From Octopus vulgaris (Eukaryota), in NCBI GenBank assembly GCA_951406725.2, contig OX597831.1, positions 27,094,001 to 27,158,000 on the forward strand: 64,000 nucleotides of DNA, given 5' to 3'. Shown here in pieces: positions 63,960 through 64,000 of the stretch. Position 1 is the first letter of the stretch. Each line of letters begins with the position of its first letter. The position numbers and the translations under genes were made by a program. Below the pieces are notes generated by a model. The model saw only the letters and a list, made by a program, of their open reading frames with translations. It did no database searches and had not been told where the DNA came from.

Positions 63960-63997
63960 GTCATTGAAAAGGTTGCCAGCAACGAAAGAGCTTTGAC
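63960..63997 (+). ncRNA. Minimal hammerhead motif with compensatory U3-A8 core
   Basis: GUCA-UUGAAAA-G-GUUG(CCAG)CAAC-GAAA-GAGC-UU-UGAC; stems I and II pair perfectly. Confidence 0.6.
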
Positions 63998-64000
63998 AAA

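Overview
Eukaryotic, AT-rich, extremely microsatellite- and SINE-dense DNA. The SINE families and repeat landscape strongly suggest an octopus (cephalopod) genome; this is an inference. The only clear host gene is the 3' part (three exons, 937-3108, + strand) of a MAP-kinase phosphatase of the DUSP1/2/4/5 class, followed by a probably retroposed tRNA-Asp(GTC) pseudogene. The remaining ~60 kb is intergenic. It holds dozens of tRNA-derived SINEs from at least four families, decayed DNA transposons (maT/DD37D-like and mariner Tc1/mariner, hAT, a piggyBac-type MITE), a Helitron Rep/Hel pseudogene plus four non-autonomous Helitrons, LINE 3' fragments, several long palindromic elements and minisatellites. 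Most ORFs in the supplied track are microsatellite artefacts. The most notable signal is a set of minimal type I hammerhead-ribozyme motifs of the Penelope/retrozyme kind. They include a tRNA-headed (Pol III) element carrying a hammerhead and bounded by a 15-bp direct repeat (15898-16144), a canonical hammerhead at 48990-49032, and variants with a compensatory U3-A8 core. All calls were made by eye and boundaries of repeats are approximate.
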